From Azolla caroliniana (taxonomy: Eukaryota; Plantae; Polypodiophyta), in NCBI GenBank assembly GCA_043228905.1, contig JBHGNT010000013.1:20398001-20462000 (forward strand): 64,000 nucleotides of DNA, given 5' to 3'. Each line of letters starts with the position of its first letter. The first letter of the stretch is position 1. A model generated the notes under the pieces. It saw nothing but the letters and a program-made list of their open reading frames with translations. It had not been told where the DNA came from and did not search any database. This document shows positions 46,486-60,334 of this stretch, piece after piece. The position numbers and the translations under genes were made by a program.

Positions 46486-49400
46486 TATTAGAGATTAGGT
46501 ACTAAAGTAAGCATAAAATAAGGATATATCAATGATAGATCTAGAAAGAATAGAGAGAAAAGAGAGAAAGAAGGGTGCCGATCCACCCGACCACCCCCGA
46601 GCGAAGGGATCGAGACGGACTCGAGCCTCGATCGGCGTCCCATACCACCGCCTTGGCGTCGAGTCGTACCTGGACGATAGCGCGCTTGCTACAAGAGTCG
46701 TTCCACTCACGGACAGAGTCTCGACGTAGTCAATGCATGCCCCAAATGAGGGTAGCTAGGCCTCTTATTTATAGTAATTCTCAAGGCCCCCAGCCATGTT
46801 CACACTTGGCCTCATGGGTTGTCTCAATCCCGAGGATTAAAAGTAATCCTCCCCTTCTTTAGACTCTTTGTTTAACCCTCACACTTATCCACGTGTATAG
46901 AATACTACGACAATTCTCACCACGGGATATTATATGGTCATGCCCGTAACATACTCCCCCTCTTTAAAACATTGCACTCTTGCAATGGAAAGTTAGGGAA
47001 GTTAGTTCTTAGAGTCGTTTCGCGTTCCCATGTGGCATCTTTGATTGATTTATCCATCCATTTTATTTTAAATTCTCGGATTTCCTTAGCACGTAATTTT
47101 TTTGTTTTAATATCGAGAATTCTTTCTGGTACATGTGGTTTAGAAGATAAATCTTCAGAAGTAACCAGAGTTTCAGTTGTAACTGTATTGTCGCCAGAAC
47201 CTAGAAGTTCTTTTAGACGACTTACATGAAAGACTGGATGGATTCCAACACCATCGGGAAGAGCGAGACGATAGGCTGATGATCCAATGCGTTTGAGGAC
47301 TGTAAAAGGTCCACAAAACCGTGGGGCTAACTTAGCGCACTTACCCGTAGACAATGTCTTAGAATTGTGAGGTACACGTAAAAATACCTTCTGTCCAGGG
47401 CTGAATACACGAGGTTGCCTGTGATGATCGGCATAAAAACGCGCTCTATCTTGAGCTGTTTTTATATTATCCCGTGCAATATGCAACATATCTTGCATAT
47501 CCCGAAGAAAGTTTTGCGTACTTCGCAACTCATCATGATGTATATTAACATCAATCGGGGCTCGTGGCTGAAATCCATACATCAACATAAAAGGACTATA
47601 TCCCGTCGACGTATGCTTGGAGCTGTTATAAGCAAACTCCAAAATTGGGAGGTAACGTTCCCATTTTGTTGGTTTTGCACCAACGTATGCTCGAAGCATG
47701 TCCTCAATAATTTGATTTACTCGTTCTGTCTGTCCATCGGATTGAGGATGATCCGTGGAGCTCATGCTCAACGTAGTTTCTAACTTCTTAAAGACTTGCG
47801 TCCAGAAGTCACTAGTAAACTTCGGATCTCGGTCACTCACGATATCCATCGGTAACCCGTAAAAACGAAATAACTCATCAACGAATTGGTAAGCCAATTC
47901 AGGAGCTGTTACCGTGGTTTTAGTAGCAATAAATCTGGCCATTTTAGTTAGTCTGTCAACCACAACCCATATGGCATCATGACCTTTTTGGGTGCGAGGA
48001 AGGCTAACAATAAAATCCATGGATATACTTTCCCACTTATTATTGGGAATGTCCAAGGGATGTAAAAGTCCTGCGGCTTTAAGTCGCTCGGCTTTGTTAA
48101 CCTGACATTGGTGACATTTAGTCACATAGCTATGTATGTCAGGACGCATCTTAGGCCAATAAAATTGAGTGGAGATGAGAACGAGTGTACGATGTATTCC
48201 AGGGTGCCCTGCTGAGGGTGCATCATGGCATTCAAAAAGAATTCTCTTTTTGACCTCAGGTAAATCTGGAACACAAACCTTCCCATTACGGTAGAGCAGA
48301 CCGTTAGCAATGTGGAAGTATTCCTTCGAGGGTGTGGTGGTGTCTGTTCCAGACTCGACTCTTGCCCAGTATTTTGCAAAATAATTGTCATCAGGATACT
48401 TTCCTCGAAGGTGATCATAAAGATCTGATGTTATTTCAGTGAAGCTAAGCATGTTAACTTCACGGATGCGACTTAGTGCATCAGCGACAGTATTCATGGA
48501 ACCTTTACGATATCGTATGGAAAAATCAAAGTCCTGGATGAGATCAGCCCATCGTGCCTTACGACCTTTCAGGTCTTGTTGGTCACAAAAATATTTCAAG
48601 GACTCGTGGTCCGTAGTTAACACAAAGCGATTTCCATAAAGATAATGGCGCCATGTTTTGAGCGCATGTATAACCGCAAATAATTCCTTTTCTTGAACGG
48701 TATACCGACATTGAGCAGAATCAAGTTTCTTACTCTCGAATGCTATTGGTTTACCATCTTGATACAAGACAGCACCTATAGCATAATCGCTTGCGTCGGT
48801 TTCAACCTCAAAAGGTTTTGAAGGATCGGGAAAAAAGAAGTGAAGGAGCCTTGCATACCAAGTCCTTGAGTTCCTTAAAGGCGAGGTCTAGTGTAGCATT
48901 CCACACAATAGGTTTTGTAGACTTACGTGTTTGACCTTTTAGAAGATCAGTAAACGGCGTCGTCAATTGTGAGTAACTACGAAGAGATTTTCGCAAAAAT
49001 CCGACAAAACCAAGGAATGATCGAACTTCTCGAATATTCCGAAGAGTGGGCCAAAGCTTGATTTTCTCGATGCGAGAAGGATCAATTTCAACTCCTCGTT
49101 CGGTTATGAGATGTCCAAGATAAGTAATTGATTTCTTGAAGAACTCACATTTTGAGATCTTCGCGTAAAATTGTTTGTCACGCAATATTTGTAAAACAAA
49201 GCGGACATGTCTAGCATGTTCTTGTAATGTACGGCTATAAACTAAAATATCATCTAAGAAGATAACGACAAATTTTCCAAGTTGTTCTCGGAAAATGTCA
49301 TTCATTTCTTGTTGAAATGTATCCGGAGCATTGGTCAAACCAAAAGGCATAACCAAAAACTCATAATGGTCGTAGCGCGTACGAAATGTTGTTTTAGGAA

Positions 49401-52400
49401 CATCGTCCTCACTTATTCGTATTTGATGGTAGCCAGTACGGAGATCAAGTTTCGTAAAATACCGAGCTCCCTGGAGACGGTCAATTAGATCGTCAGCCCG
49501 GGGCAATGGGTACGAATTCTTGATCGTCACTTTATTCAAGCGTCGGTAATTAATACACATACGCCATGTGCCCTCTTTCTTTTTAACCAAGAGAACTGGT
49601 GCACCCCATGGAGATTTACTATAACGTATATAACCCATTCGTAAATAGTCCTTAAGTTGCTTAGCTACCTCATCCTCTTCAGATCGACTTAGGCGATACG
49701 GAGGTATACTAATGGGTGCAATGCCAGGTACAATATCTATACGATGGTCTATATTACGTTTAGGAGGTAAACCATCGGGTAGTTCACTCGGAAAAACATC
49801 ACGAAAATCGTTTACGATTTCATCAAGTTGTTTTTGTTCAAAATATGTTAATTGACCCGAGACATTATCGATATTGTAAACGTGAATGTCCGGATCAAGT
49901 ACACAATAAAATAACGTAGAACAAGACAACTCGGATATTGATGGACACGAGGAAACAATCGAGAGGGATTGTTTTGTTACACATTGAATAAAATGCGTAC
50001 AATCGTTGAGTACAAAAGAAATGGAATGGCGAACCCAATCAATAAATAAAGAAGACCTTTTATTATAAAACCAGGGATAACCCAGTATTACATCGGTGGT
50101 ACTAAGATTCATTACATGGAAGTCTACTTCCTCTATATAGGTATCAATAGAAATTCCTAAAGAATGAATCGCCCCGTTGATGTGTTGTACTCTTCCATCA
50201 GCCAAGTGCACCGTGTAGGTGTGATCACTTACGGTGGGTTGGATTCCCCATATCTGTACCAAACGATCATTCACAAAATTGTGTGAGCTTCCCGAATCAA
50301 ATAAAAATTGTACGGGAGATCCATTGATATACCCGTTTGCACGTAGTAAATCATTGGGACCCAATACATAATGAGGGAAAGAACATTGACAATTACTCAA
50401 ATGATGTGTATAGACCTGAAGGACATTAGGAATCTGACCTTTATGGTCTGTAGCTTTAGGTTTGGCGTCGTGCTCTTTTCGTTGGAGCTTACGACATTGC
50501 TCTTTTGTATGACCCTTCTTTTTGCAGAATACGCAAAAAGGATGTTGTCGCTTATAATCGCGATCCATGAATTCGTTGGGTGTCTTGCGTTTCCCAACGA
50601 ATTGCGACTGCTTAGTCCCGGGCGCTTCGTTGGGTTTGTTATGGTCCTTCTTCGAAGTGCGTTGATAGCGAAGAACTATCTCAACGGCCTCTTCGAAGGA
50701 TTTTGGATCCTTATCGTGCACTATCCAGTGATAGTCCGAATTGGGGATGCCATTGACAAAACAAGCTATTAACCAATTGTCCCCTTCTAGACCCGATTTT
50801 TGGATTTGGGTTCTAGCATGGTGGACATAATCTTCTAGCGAGGAAAACTTCCTGCTAGAGAGGTTCATTAAAGCTTGTGCTGCCTCGGTTCGAGAGGGAG
50901 GTTGTAGAAATTGACCCTTGAAAACTGTGACAAAGTCTGTCCAGGTCTCGGGCAATCTCCCCAAAGTTCGGAGCCCACGCCACCAAGCGGCGGCCTTACC
51001 CCCTAGTTCTCGGCCGACATATGCAATCTTCGTACTATCTGGCGTGGGATAGAGCTCAAAATGAGACTCCCATCGGCCCAGCCACGTGCAGATTGCTTCT
51101 TCGGTTCTTTCCTTTTTATCTCCCGTAAATGGCTTTACGACAAATGATGGTTCACCCTGACGCTCATCAGGTCTATTAATCTCATTTTGGAGACTAATGA
51201 CTCGTGCCTCGAGAGCACTTTGAGATTGCCGAAATTCGGTCAACTGCTGCGCGGTTGAACTAAGGAAATGTTGTACTTGTAAAATATACGCCTCAATGGA
51301 CATTGTCCCAGGAGGATTTCCTTGAGGTCTTTCCGCTTGAGCGGAGGGCATCGGGTCGTTATTCTGAGCCATTGAATGATTATTTCTGGCAAAGAAATAA
51401 GATAAGGTCAGACAAATAGTCATAACATCTTGTCGTGGTGTAAACATATCATGGGCAAACATTAATCGATATCATGATCTCACGTCAATACCCCTCTAGA
51501 CGTATGAGATGAGGTTCAAGATCAGGTTACTATGGTAACACAGAGGTGTTTTAAAAACCATGGGGGTGACAAATGAATGCCTTTCCCTGATCTCTATATC
51601 GATTTTTTTCATGGCCGGCTCCCCGAGGCTCAACCATGTATGTTCGCGTCATGAATAGTTTATACACGAAAAAAATGTTAACAATAACTATGTTTCTGTG
51701 CCCACATATGTGGTTTCGGCTCTTTAAGTCCTATTACGAGGACCCCGAAGTGCACTTAGACCTAAAGTCTAAACATGTATTATAGTCATATGTATCAACG
51801 ATGTTGTATGGTGTTGGTCATATTTGAACTCGAGACCTCGAGGACAAATACATTAAACACTTGAGCCAACCAAGTAGATTGCGCGTCTTGAATGTTTAAT
51901 GTTTGAGGCGTATTCGAGATATGCGAGGCATTTGCCCCTATATGTTTTTTTTAAAAGAAACATATAGGTCAAGTGGCCTTATTTCTCCCTCATTTATTAC
52001 CCACTATGGTTGTACGCTACCTACCCTCAAGCCTCGTAAGTACAATGGCATATGCCAAAGTGTAACCTAATGGTCAAGCCGAATGAGCCCTTGTGTCTTC
52101 GTAGGCTCATGTGGCCCATCACATGGTCACGTCATTACGAATGGCGCTCGTAAGAACGAGCTCATGGTGGCATCGTATCCATGTAACGAGGGGAGATGTT
52201 GGATACGTGTGTCATTAGAGCGACCCTACTTGATGTGGATCAAGCCCGACGTATTCAACATCATTTTGGCTATACGAGGTTCGTTACGTAACGAAAGATC
52301 AAAGTGACCAACGGGAATTTCAACAATAAAAATTGTTGATAAAAGGGATGGTGACAACGCCATTCTCACAAAAATGTGAGGACGGCCACCAAAATCCTCT

Positions 52401-53537
52401 CCCCAATTAGGAAAACATTTGATATGAATCACGTAATCTAAAATATACACATATGTCAATATATCACATATATACGATCAGAGACGTATATAAGTGACCA
52501 CATATGCGTATACTAAATGAATCGTTTTTTTTATATAGCCAACAATGATGTATTCGGGATACGTAATCGAGGCATATACCTCTACGCACACGAAACATCC
52601 GAAAATAAGGTTAAGCGTAATTCGCAATTGAGGTATTGACCTCTTACGCATAGTAAATCCAACGCATATCATTTCGAACGAATCGAGGTATTGACCTCGT
52701 ACGCGAACGTAACATATGTTCGTGAACGTAATACGCAATTGAGGTAGTAACCTCGTACGCATACGACACTCATCACATATGATTTATATGTCAAACGAGG
52801 TATTGACCTCGTGGACATATGTAAACGTTTAAGATAACCAATTAAATACCACGTCAACATCATTGAATATATGAAAAAAAAACTACATATTAAGTATACA
52901 CATGTATAGAAGGGAGAAGAAAAATTAGATAAAAAATTAAGGAAAATTTACCGAAGTTCTTTCGCTAATCCTTGTCTGCATGAAGGCGACCGCACAACGA
53001 TCAATCGCCATCCCACGCGAAGACAAAAAGAAAACCAAAAGAAACGTTAGTACATAGGCTCTGATACCAAATATTAGAGATTAGGTACTAAAGTAAGCAT
53101 AAAATAAGGATATATCAATGATAGATCTAGAAAGAATAGAGAGAAAAGAGAGAAAGAAGGGTGCCGATCCACCCGACCACCCCCGAGCGAAGGGATCGAG
53201 ACGGACTCGAGCCTCGATCGGCGTCCCATACCACCGCCTTGGCGTCGAGTCGTACCTGGACGATAGCGCGCTTGCTACAAGAGTCGTTCCACTCACGGAC
53301 AGAGTCTCGACGTAGTCAATGCATGCCCCAAATGAGGGTAGCTAGGCCTCTTATTTATAGTAATTCTCAAGGCCCCCAGCCATGTTCACACTTGGCCTCA
53401 TGGGTTGTCTCAATCCCGAGGATTAAAAGTAATCCTCCCCTTCTTTAGACTCTTTGTTTAACCCTCACACTTATCCACGTGTATAGAATACTACGACAAT
53501 TCTCACCACGGGATATTATATGGTCATGCCTGTAACA
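46486..53537 (-). mobile_element. Ty3/Gypsy chromovirus E, full length and young
   Basis: 466-bp LTRs 46486-46951 and 53072-53537 (one mismatch seen); TSD ATGCT (46481-46485, 53538-53542); tRNA-Met PBS 53069-53058; PPT 46965-46952. Confidence 0.95.
46938..51462 (-). pseudogene. gag-pol: Gypsy E gag-pol, single ORF broken by one extra base in the A6 run 48831-48836
   Basis: [26 protein letters not shown]; removing one base restores [20 protein letters not shown]; integrase D,D,E; chromodomain-like PERILD...KW...ATWE. Confidence 0.9.
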
Positions 53538-53676
53538 ATGCTAGAGTCAAAGGCTGAACAAATCCTTAGCTTGCCTATGACTATAGGCATGCCAATCAAC
53601 CTTGCTTTGATACAAGAGTTTGGAGGAAAAACTTTGTGGGGCGACCTTTGCTTTGATACTAAAATTGTTGGTGGAC

Positions 53677-53960
53677 AAACATCCAAGGAGGTCATCCATC
53701 CTAGTATCACTTGTGCGCCGAACAAGAAGGTTTGCCAAATTGGTCAAGCCATTCAGACCCCCTCCAAAACATTAATCTATCAGAAACCTCCAATCAAGCC
53801 TATTGGAACGAGATACCAATTGCTGGGGGATAAACATCCAAGAAGGTCACCCATCCTAGTATCACTTGTGCGCTGAACACGAAGGTTCCCCAAATTGGTC
53901 AAGCCATTCTGATCACCAAAACCTTAATCTATCAGGGATCTCCAACCAAGCCAATTGGAA
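53677..53960. repeat. Tandem duplication, ~155-bp period
   Basis: AAACATCCAAG.AGGTCA.CCATCCTAGTATCACTTGTGCG at 53677 and 53832. Confidence 0.75.
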
Positions 53961-54111
53961 TGAATTTGAGAAAGGGGAACAGTTTGAACTAGGCTAACCT
54001 AGTTATGGAGGAAGCTTGGGTAGAGATAACTTAAGAATGAAGGGCGGATGGAGACACATAATATGTGGTTTAAGGGTGACCAGGCACAATCTATTGATCT
54101 TTACTCCAACA

Positions 54112-54430
54112 AGCTCCCACTTAACGTCCTATGTGCCTCCAAAAGGAAAATGCAATTTGTATAGCTACTAGTAGAGCCATTTGTGAGTTCATATATCATA
54201 TGTCCCAATCACTGATGACACAAAAAGGTATCAACATGTTTGAACTTTGGACCAATGGTAAGCATAGATCTTTTGAGAATATTCCACGTGATGAATAAGA
54301 GCAGTATAGTAAGTAACCATCATCAACAAGTTGCTCAATAGAGAACAAAACTCTTCCGAGATTAGGAACATAAAGCACATCAACGAGTTGCTCAATCGAG
54401 AGGAAACTCTTCTGAGATTGGCACAAGTAA
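54112..54430 (-). pseudogene. Highly degenerate Copia fragment
   Basis: DVLYVPNLGRVLFSIEQLVDDGY (post-protease motif); PPT-like AGTGGGAGCT followed by TGTTGG at 54111 on minus. Confidence 0.5.
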
Positions 54431-57400
54431 TGCCATTATCAAAGCACCCCATGAAGTATGTCACCCAAACTCAAAAAGTTCCATGATATGTGGCATAATA
54501 GGAGGAAAACCGCTCTTAATGAAGGTTGGGATGGAATGAAGCTCTGGAGTCAAGAATCCAATCTTGCATATGGAAGAAATCATCCACAATCAATATATAT
54601 GGCGGTATACATGGGGCAGGAAAAAAACAAGCATGTCACCATAGGTTTCATGGTATATTGCATGAGGTGCATTTCCCTGTTGCATTCTTGCTAGTTGCAT
54701 GTGCTTTACCTTGTTTGGTTCCATTTTCAAGCTTTCATACATGGCAATTAATTCTTAGTGATATGACCCAGTTTGTCACAAGGGATTCATTGGATCTCCA
54801 TCTTTAACCTTGACTTGCTCTTTCGTTTGTTGCCAATGGGAGACTTCCTTCCTAGAGAGCGATACATTTGATGGATTCCAATCGGTCCAACACAAGAGAG
54901 AAAACGTTCACATGCATTGCCATGTAGCGACCATCCTTATACACTAAATCGCAAAGTGTTTGCATGGAGTAAACCTTATTCATAGCCATGGGATTCTTGT
55001 AAGATGCATATAACGTCCCATAATGCCCATGACGGCTTCATCCATCGGTGTGAGGCCGAGAACACATCATTGGCACACAAACAAGTGCACAAAGGCCTAT
55101 AGTGTCGTGCCGATATGTTTGTTTGAATTTAGTCCTCTAGTTAAGATGGCGATCTTGTTCTATGAATGTTGGTTATGATGGATGAACTTGGTAGCTAGTC
55201 TTACATTGCCTAGTATGGGTCAAAATTAAGGAAGGCCATGCTTCTCCCTTGTCAAATGTAGTAGTAGTACTGTTCATGAAAGGAGGAAGCATTTTCCTCT
55301 TATTACTACCAACTATTTATTCCTTGATGTCTTTTGCTCGTCCATCCGTCATCGACGTGGTCATTCTCAACACCACCATGTTATCCTATCCATAATGTCC
55401 ATCGATTGTCATTGCTAACGTTGTCGTCTTCGTCATTCAAATAGTTGTCCTTTAGCGTCTATGTTATTCACTTTAATGTTGAGACAAGTATGTGCATGAG
55501 AATGTGGATGCTATAATACAGTAGATGAATGGTTTGTGGAGATTTTTTCACACACTTTTGCTCATAAAAACTTCTTCTATCATACTAGAGTTTTGCCAAT
55601 ATGAATACACATTATCATGTCATCAGGTTAGTGATAGAAACATACAAGATAAAAGTGGAGAGAATAATGTATATTGTCATCCCTCACAAGTGTCCGTGAA
55701 ATATTGATGAGAGTGAGAAAGAGAGGGAGGAGGAAGTGGAATTTCTATACATTCCATAAAGGATCGATTGCATGCATCCGAAGATGAGAATAGCCGCCTT
55801 AACATCCACAATAACTCAAAAACATCCGAATAGAAATACAATGAATTCCACCAAAAGATGCGTTAAGCATTCTTGTGAAGGTTTTCATTCCGACCTATTA
55901 GTGAGAACAAGTCGAAACTTGAGAAAAATGAATCTCAAATTTATGTGAAGAATTACATACACAAATAGTCATGTGCAAAGTATTGCACGCAATGTTGGCA
56001 TGAATGTACGATAACAATTGGCTACTCACCCTAAACTTATGACTTTACCTGTTCACTTTTCCATAACCCAATGGTTGAAAACAATACCATTGCATTTATG
56101 GAAATAGAAAGGTGTCGGAAATATAGATAAACTTCGCATTCTCTTGTGTATAATGAAAATGTTACAAGGACTCTACATTCATGTCCTCTTGCATATAAAG
56201 AAAATATTACAGGGAATGCATAGGATATAATTGCATTTTTCTTCTTTGAATCCAAACAACAAAATGTGCATGATTGAAAATTTTCACTAAAGTCATGATG
56301 CTTTTACTTTCGGTGCTATCATCTCTATGGTAATATTTGTCGTTTTGAACCTTTGGCTCGCGTAAAGAGAATTTGGAAAGGCCCATTATTCTAGGGAGAA
56401 AAGAGTGGAGCAATGATTAAGGTTCAAGATCTAAAAAGTCAAAATATGAATGTTTTCACATTGTGATTATAATTAGGCTTGATTCTCTTGGATAGATTGT
56501 TACTGCAACAGTGCAAACTATCTCGTTAGTAAACAAGGTGGAAAACAACATTGCAAGATGAGAGAAAGAGAGCATGAGTATATGAACACATAATTATTCT
56601 AAAGAAAAGGAAAAGGAATATACATGACGAGACAAAGGTTGTGGTTTAAAGTTTTCTAGCTGCAAAACAATTGGAACAAATCGGGAATTTCTATTTTCAC
56701 TACGAACTAAAATCTAGAAAAAGCACAAAATGTAGAAACGGTAGAACAATTGCATATATATTCAAGCAAGTAAACAAAGATTCCCGAAGAAAAGTGAAGC
56801 ACCACATGATCACACTAGCATTTTTACTATTTACTCTAGCCAAATGCTTTGGACTTGGAACCACAACCTTTGAACATTTATGGATTTGAGTTGTAACCTA
56901 AATTTTCAAATAGAGATCTAAAGGCAATGCTTTCACATGGTGTTTTTGCATGTAATGATATAATTTAATGTTCATTACATAATGCTTCATCAAAATGTGA
57001 TTGGCCCGATTAATTGATGAAAGGAATAAGTGCGGTTCTTTATCATGATTCATGACAAGATTTAGACATGGAACACATAATAACATGATCATATTTAGAT
57101 ACATATGTAGCCAAGTATTTAGGCATAGCATATATGTAGAGCATGTTAAAGCAACATTAGGGAATTCCACTCTAAGAAGCATTTCCATAAAACTACATTT
57201 ATTTTAGTATTTTCTAAAGCACCTTACATAGTGATGTCTTGTAAATCTAATATTGAGGAGACATATTATGCCGTCAAGAAAGCATATCATTGCTATTATA
57301 GAGATGTATGATTCATGTGCTCATAAATTGCTTTCTGGTATGAACATTTTGATGTAAGTGACTGGATACCATGGAAATAAAATCATGCAATTTTGATCTT

Positions 57401-59715
57401 TCTTGATGTTTCAACAAAAGGATTGGCCGTACAACATACAATCTAGGTCTCAAGGACAATAAAAATTTCTAACATAGAGTAATACCTAAGCAAAGAATTC
57501 TCGCACTTGAGAGCAACCTTAGTTGTGATGACAAGCACGAACGTTTGTTATGGGTAACTTTTGACATTATAAATCCCATTTTCGAGTGAGTGGTGTGAAT
57601 AACGATACACATAGAACAAGAGCGAGAATAATGAGAGTATAAATTGAAATACCATAATCTTTATCATAGATGCTTTGCCTTTAAAAGAACTATCGTTCAT
57701 TTTACTTGTTTGATTATTAAATTGTGATCTTTGAACAAGATCCTTAATGCACATCTATGGTTAATGCATCATGGAAGTGCCGGAAGATTCTCTAATCTCT
57801 CGAACCTTAGCCAAAGAGGATTATAGTTCTTTCTACATGCACACAAATTTAGTGATGGAACATATGAAGTTAGTAAATGAAGTTGTAAATCAAGATCAAA
57901 ACATAACCTGTCGTGATGCATATTAAATTTAAAAGAGTGTGTGACATTTGATGTCCATTATTAAACAATCGAAACTATCTACCTAAATAAAGGTTTCCAT
58001 GTTAAAAACCATAGACCTTGTAATAAATAGACGGTACAATACAAATCTCTAACGGGGTCCTCGTGAATCATTGAAATATTCAAATGAGTGGCATAATGAT
58101 AATTATTACACTAAGTCTCTTATTAAAACAAAAGAGATTCACAAACATGACCCCGTTAGGCATTGTCAAACAACTTACATGAAAATATGTGGAAGGATAT
58201 AATCATGAGGGGAGACCATTCCGAAAAGGTTGGCAAATGAAGGGAGCCCGGAGGATCAAAGAACTCCTTGCCATTCCTAGGGGTTTAGAATTGTACTCCC
58301 AAATATAATACATTCTTCATATTCAATCAAAGAAATGATGCATCCAGTTTTTGCCACAAAATGTATGTTTGATGAGAATTATATGTGCTTGGGAAGAGGA
58401 CAGGACGCAAAAGCAAAAAATGTAGAAGGATTTGAGAGGTTAGTTGGAATAGATCCTATAGTATTACGTCATTTCACATCTGCTTCATCAAAACCAAATG
58501 ACTCCATGAATATCGATTTGATGCACCACATCTTTACTTTTCTTCCAAAGATGATTCTCTTACACTACTCCTAGGACAACTCCAAAATTCTCTATTTTTT
58601 CCACCTAAACTCTCTACTCATTGGTTCATTCCTCTCCGGTAGTTGTTGCCCCTAACAACTCATCAATCCATCTTTTGGTTGAGGCCTAATCCCTTGAACT
58701 TGAGCATGGTACATGTTGTTAAGAGTATATTACTAACTGAAATAAAGGTAAATAAAGGCAAATAGATTGGATAGAAGAACCCGTTCCGCTCAACCAACCC
58801 CGAGCTGTGATCAAGACATAGCCAACCTACCACTGATAGATATTAGGATGACTAATACCTTAGAAGAGATAACACGATCGTCATGACGAAAGCTTGGACT
58901 GTACCACTAGTGTCTTAAGATGACAACGTTCCGATGTACTGTGTCTTATGAGGATAGCTATGCCTCATATTTATACCTCTTCATAGGCTCGTTGAATGCA
59001 TGGGTCTTATTAAAAGACTCTCTATTAATTGGTTGTCAAGATCCTGATAGTGCATGCACCTATCATTCCTTCTATCCAATCACATTGGTCCCTTTCTAAC
59101 ATTTGTGAACACACCCTTCACTTATGTAAATATTAGGGACCTGCCCTCACCTGCGTTATATGTGCATAACACATTCACCACATGTCAATATTTCAGGGTT
59201 TTCAAATTGGTCTAACCGCATCTAGTAACATGAACTTATCATTCGTGGCAGAACTATTCTATTTACCTTTTTGTGGTTACCTTTTTGTGGTTGATGGGGG
59301 ACTATAGCCAGTATCCAACATGTTGTCGCGATGACGAAAGTGTGGGTAAGATTTGTGGCTTGTATGTCATGAATGTACAGAGAATTAGAAAGAGCGGTGG
59401 GGTTGGGGGTGCTATATCTACTCTTAGAGTATGCAATTGATATGCAATGACACTCCTACCCATCGAGCCTGCATGTGGGTGGTTTCACACTCGACTCTGC
59501 AAGACTGTCCAGGTCTAGCAGGGCACTCTTTGAGCAGGCGTGTGTTGTTGTTGGTCATCAAGCAAGTAACATAGGTGGGTGATTTGCAGGCAACTCGTGG
59601 GCGTCCAGTGGGTGCGAGACAGTGGAGCTGAAGAAGAAACCACCACACACACGATATCGTCTCGAAACCGACTCCGGGGTTGTCGGCGACCTTGGAATAC
59701 GAAGAGGACCAGCCA

Positions 59716-59953
59716 AGCCAATCATCGCATGCCACGTGGCCAGAAACTTTTTCTTTTGTTTTTATGTATATTTTTGGAAAAAAAGAAAAACGAATTAAAT
59801 AATTAGTTGTGAAGTATATCTATATCTATATATATATTATATGATATTTCCCTGAGAGAGAGAGATGGATGGTGCCACCACAATCTTCTCCTGCATTTTG
59901 GGCGATGGCGCAGCGCCTGGATTTCTCTCCCTGAGGCGGAACCCTAACCCTAA
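59716..59953 (+). promoter_or_regulatory. Putative promoter of the SEC14-like gene
   Basis: CCAAT near 59718, perfect G-box palindrome GCCACGTGGC 59731-59740, TATA-rich 59815-59842, telo-box-like AACCCTAACCCTAA 59940-59953. Confidence 0.45.
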
Positions 59954-60334
59954 TCTTGCCTCCAGGCCCCGGATCTGACGAGAAACTCACCATTTCTCTG
60001 TTTCAAATCCGGAATACATCCGATTCCTCCGTCCGCATTCGCATCAGACTAACGGAACAAATACACTTTTCCCTTCTCCAGTCGTCCCCATTGCTCTTCC
60101 ATTTCCATTCACCATATCCATCACCGTTGCCATCGATTATCCATTCGTTCTGGATAATGTCATGTAAAATCGCTGATTTTGATCTATTTTGGACCCGCAT
60201 TTGATCTGTTGCCTCGCTGTTTCCCACATTTGAGGTCGTCATTGCTCTGTTCATATGCAGTGAACACCTCTCCATGTATTTCATTCGGAAATTTTGACGC
60301 ATTTCAGTAGATACAAGAATTGATCTCTTTTGCT

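Noticed and set aside
48825-48840. Programmed frameshift in Gypsy E
   Set aside because: It falls between RT and RNase H, not at the gag-pol boundary; a homopolymer indel is simpler.
52569-52810. CRISPR-like repeat-spacer array
   Set aside because: Repeats are only 14 bp, spacers are partly related to each other, there are no cas genes, and it lies inside a plant retrotransposon leader.
58711-59326. Possible solo LTR or insertion bounded by ACATGTTGT direct repeats
   Set aside because: TG...CA ends and a TSD cannot both be placed consistently, and there is no second copy in the window.
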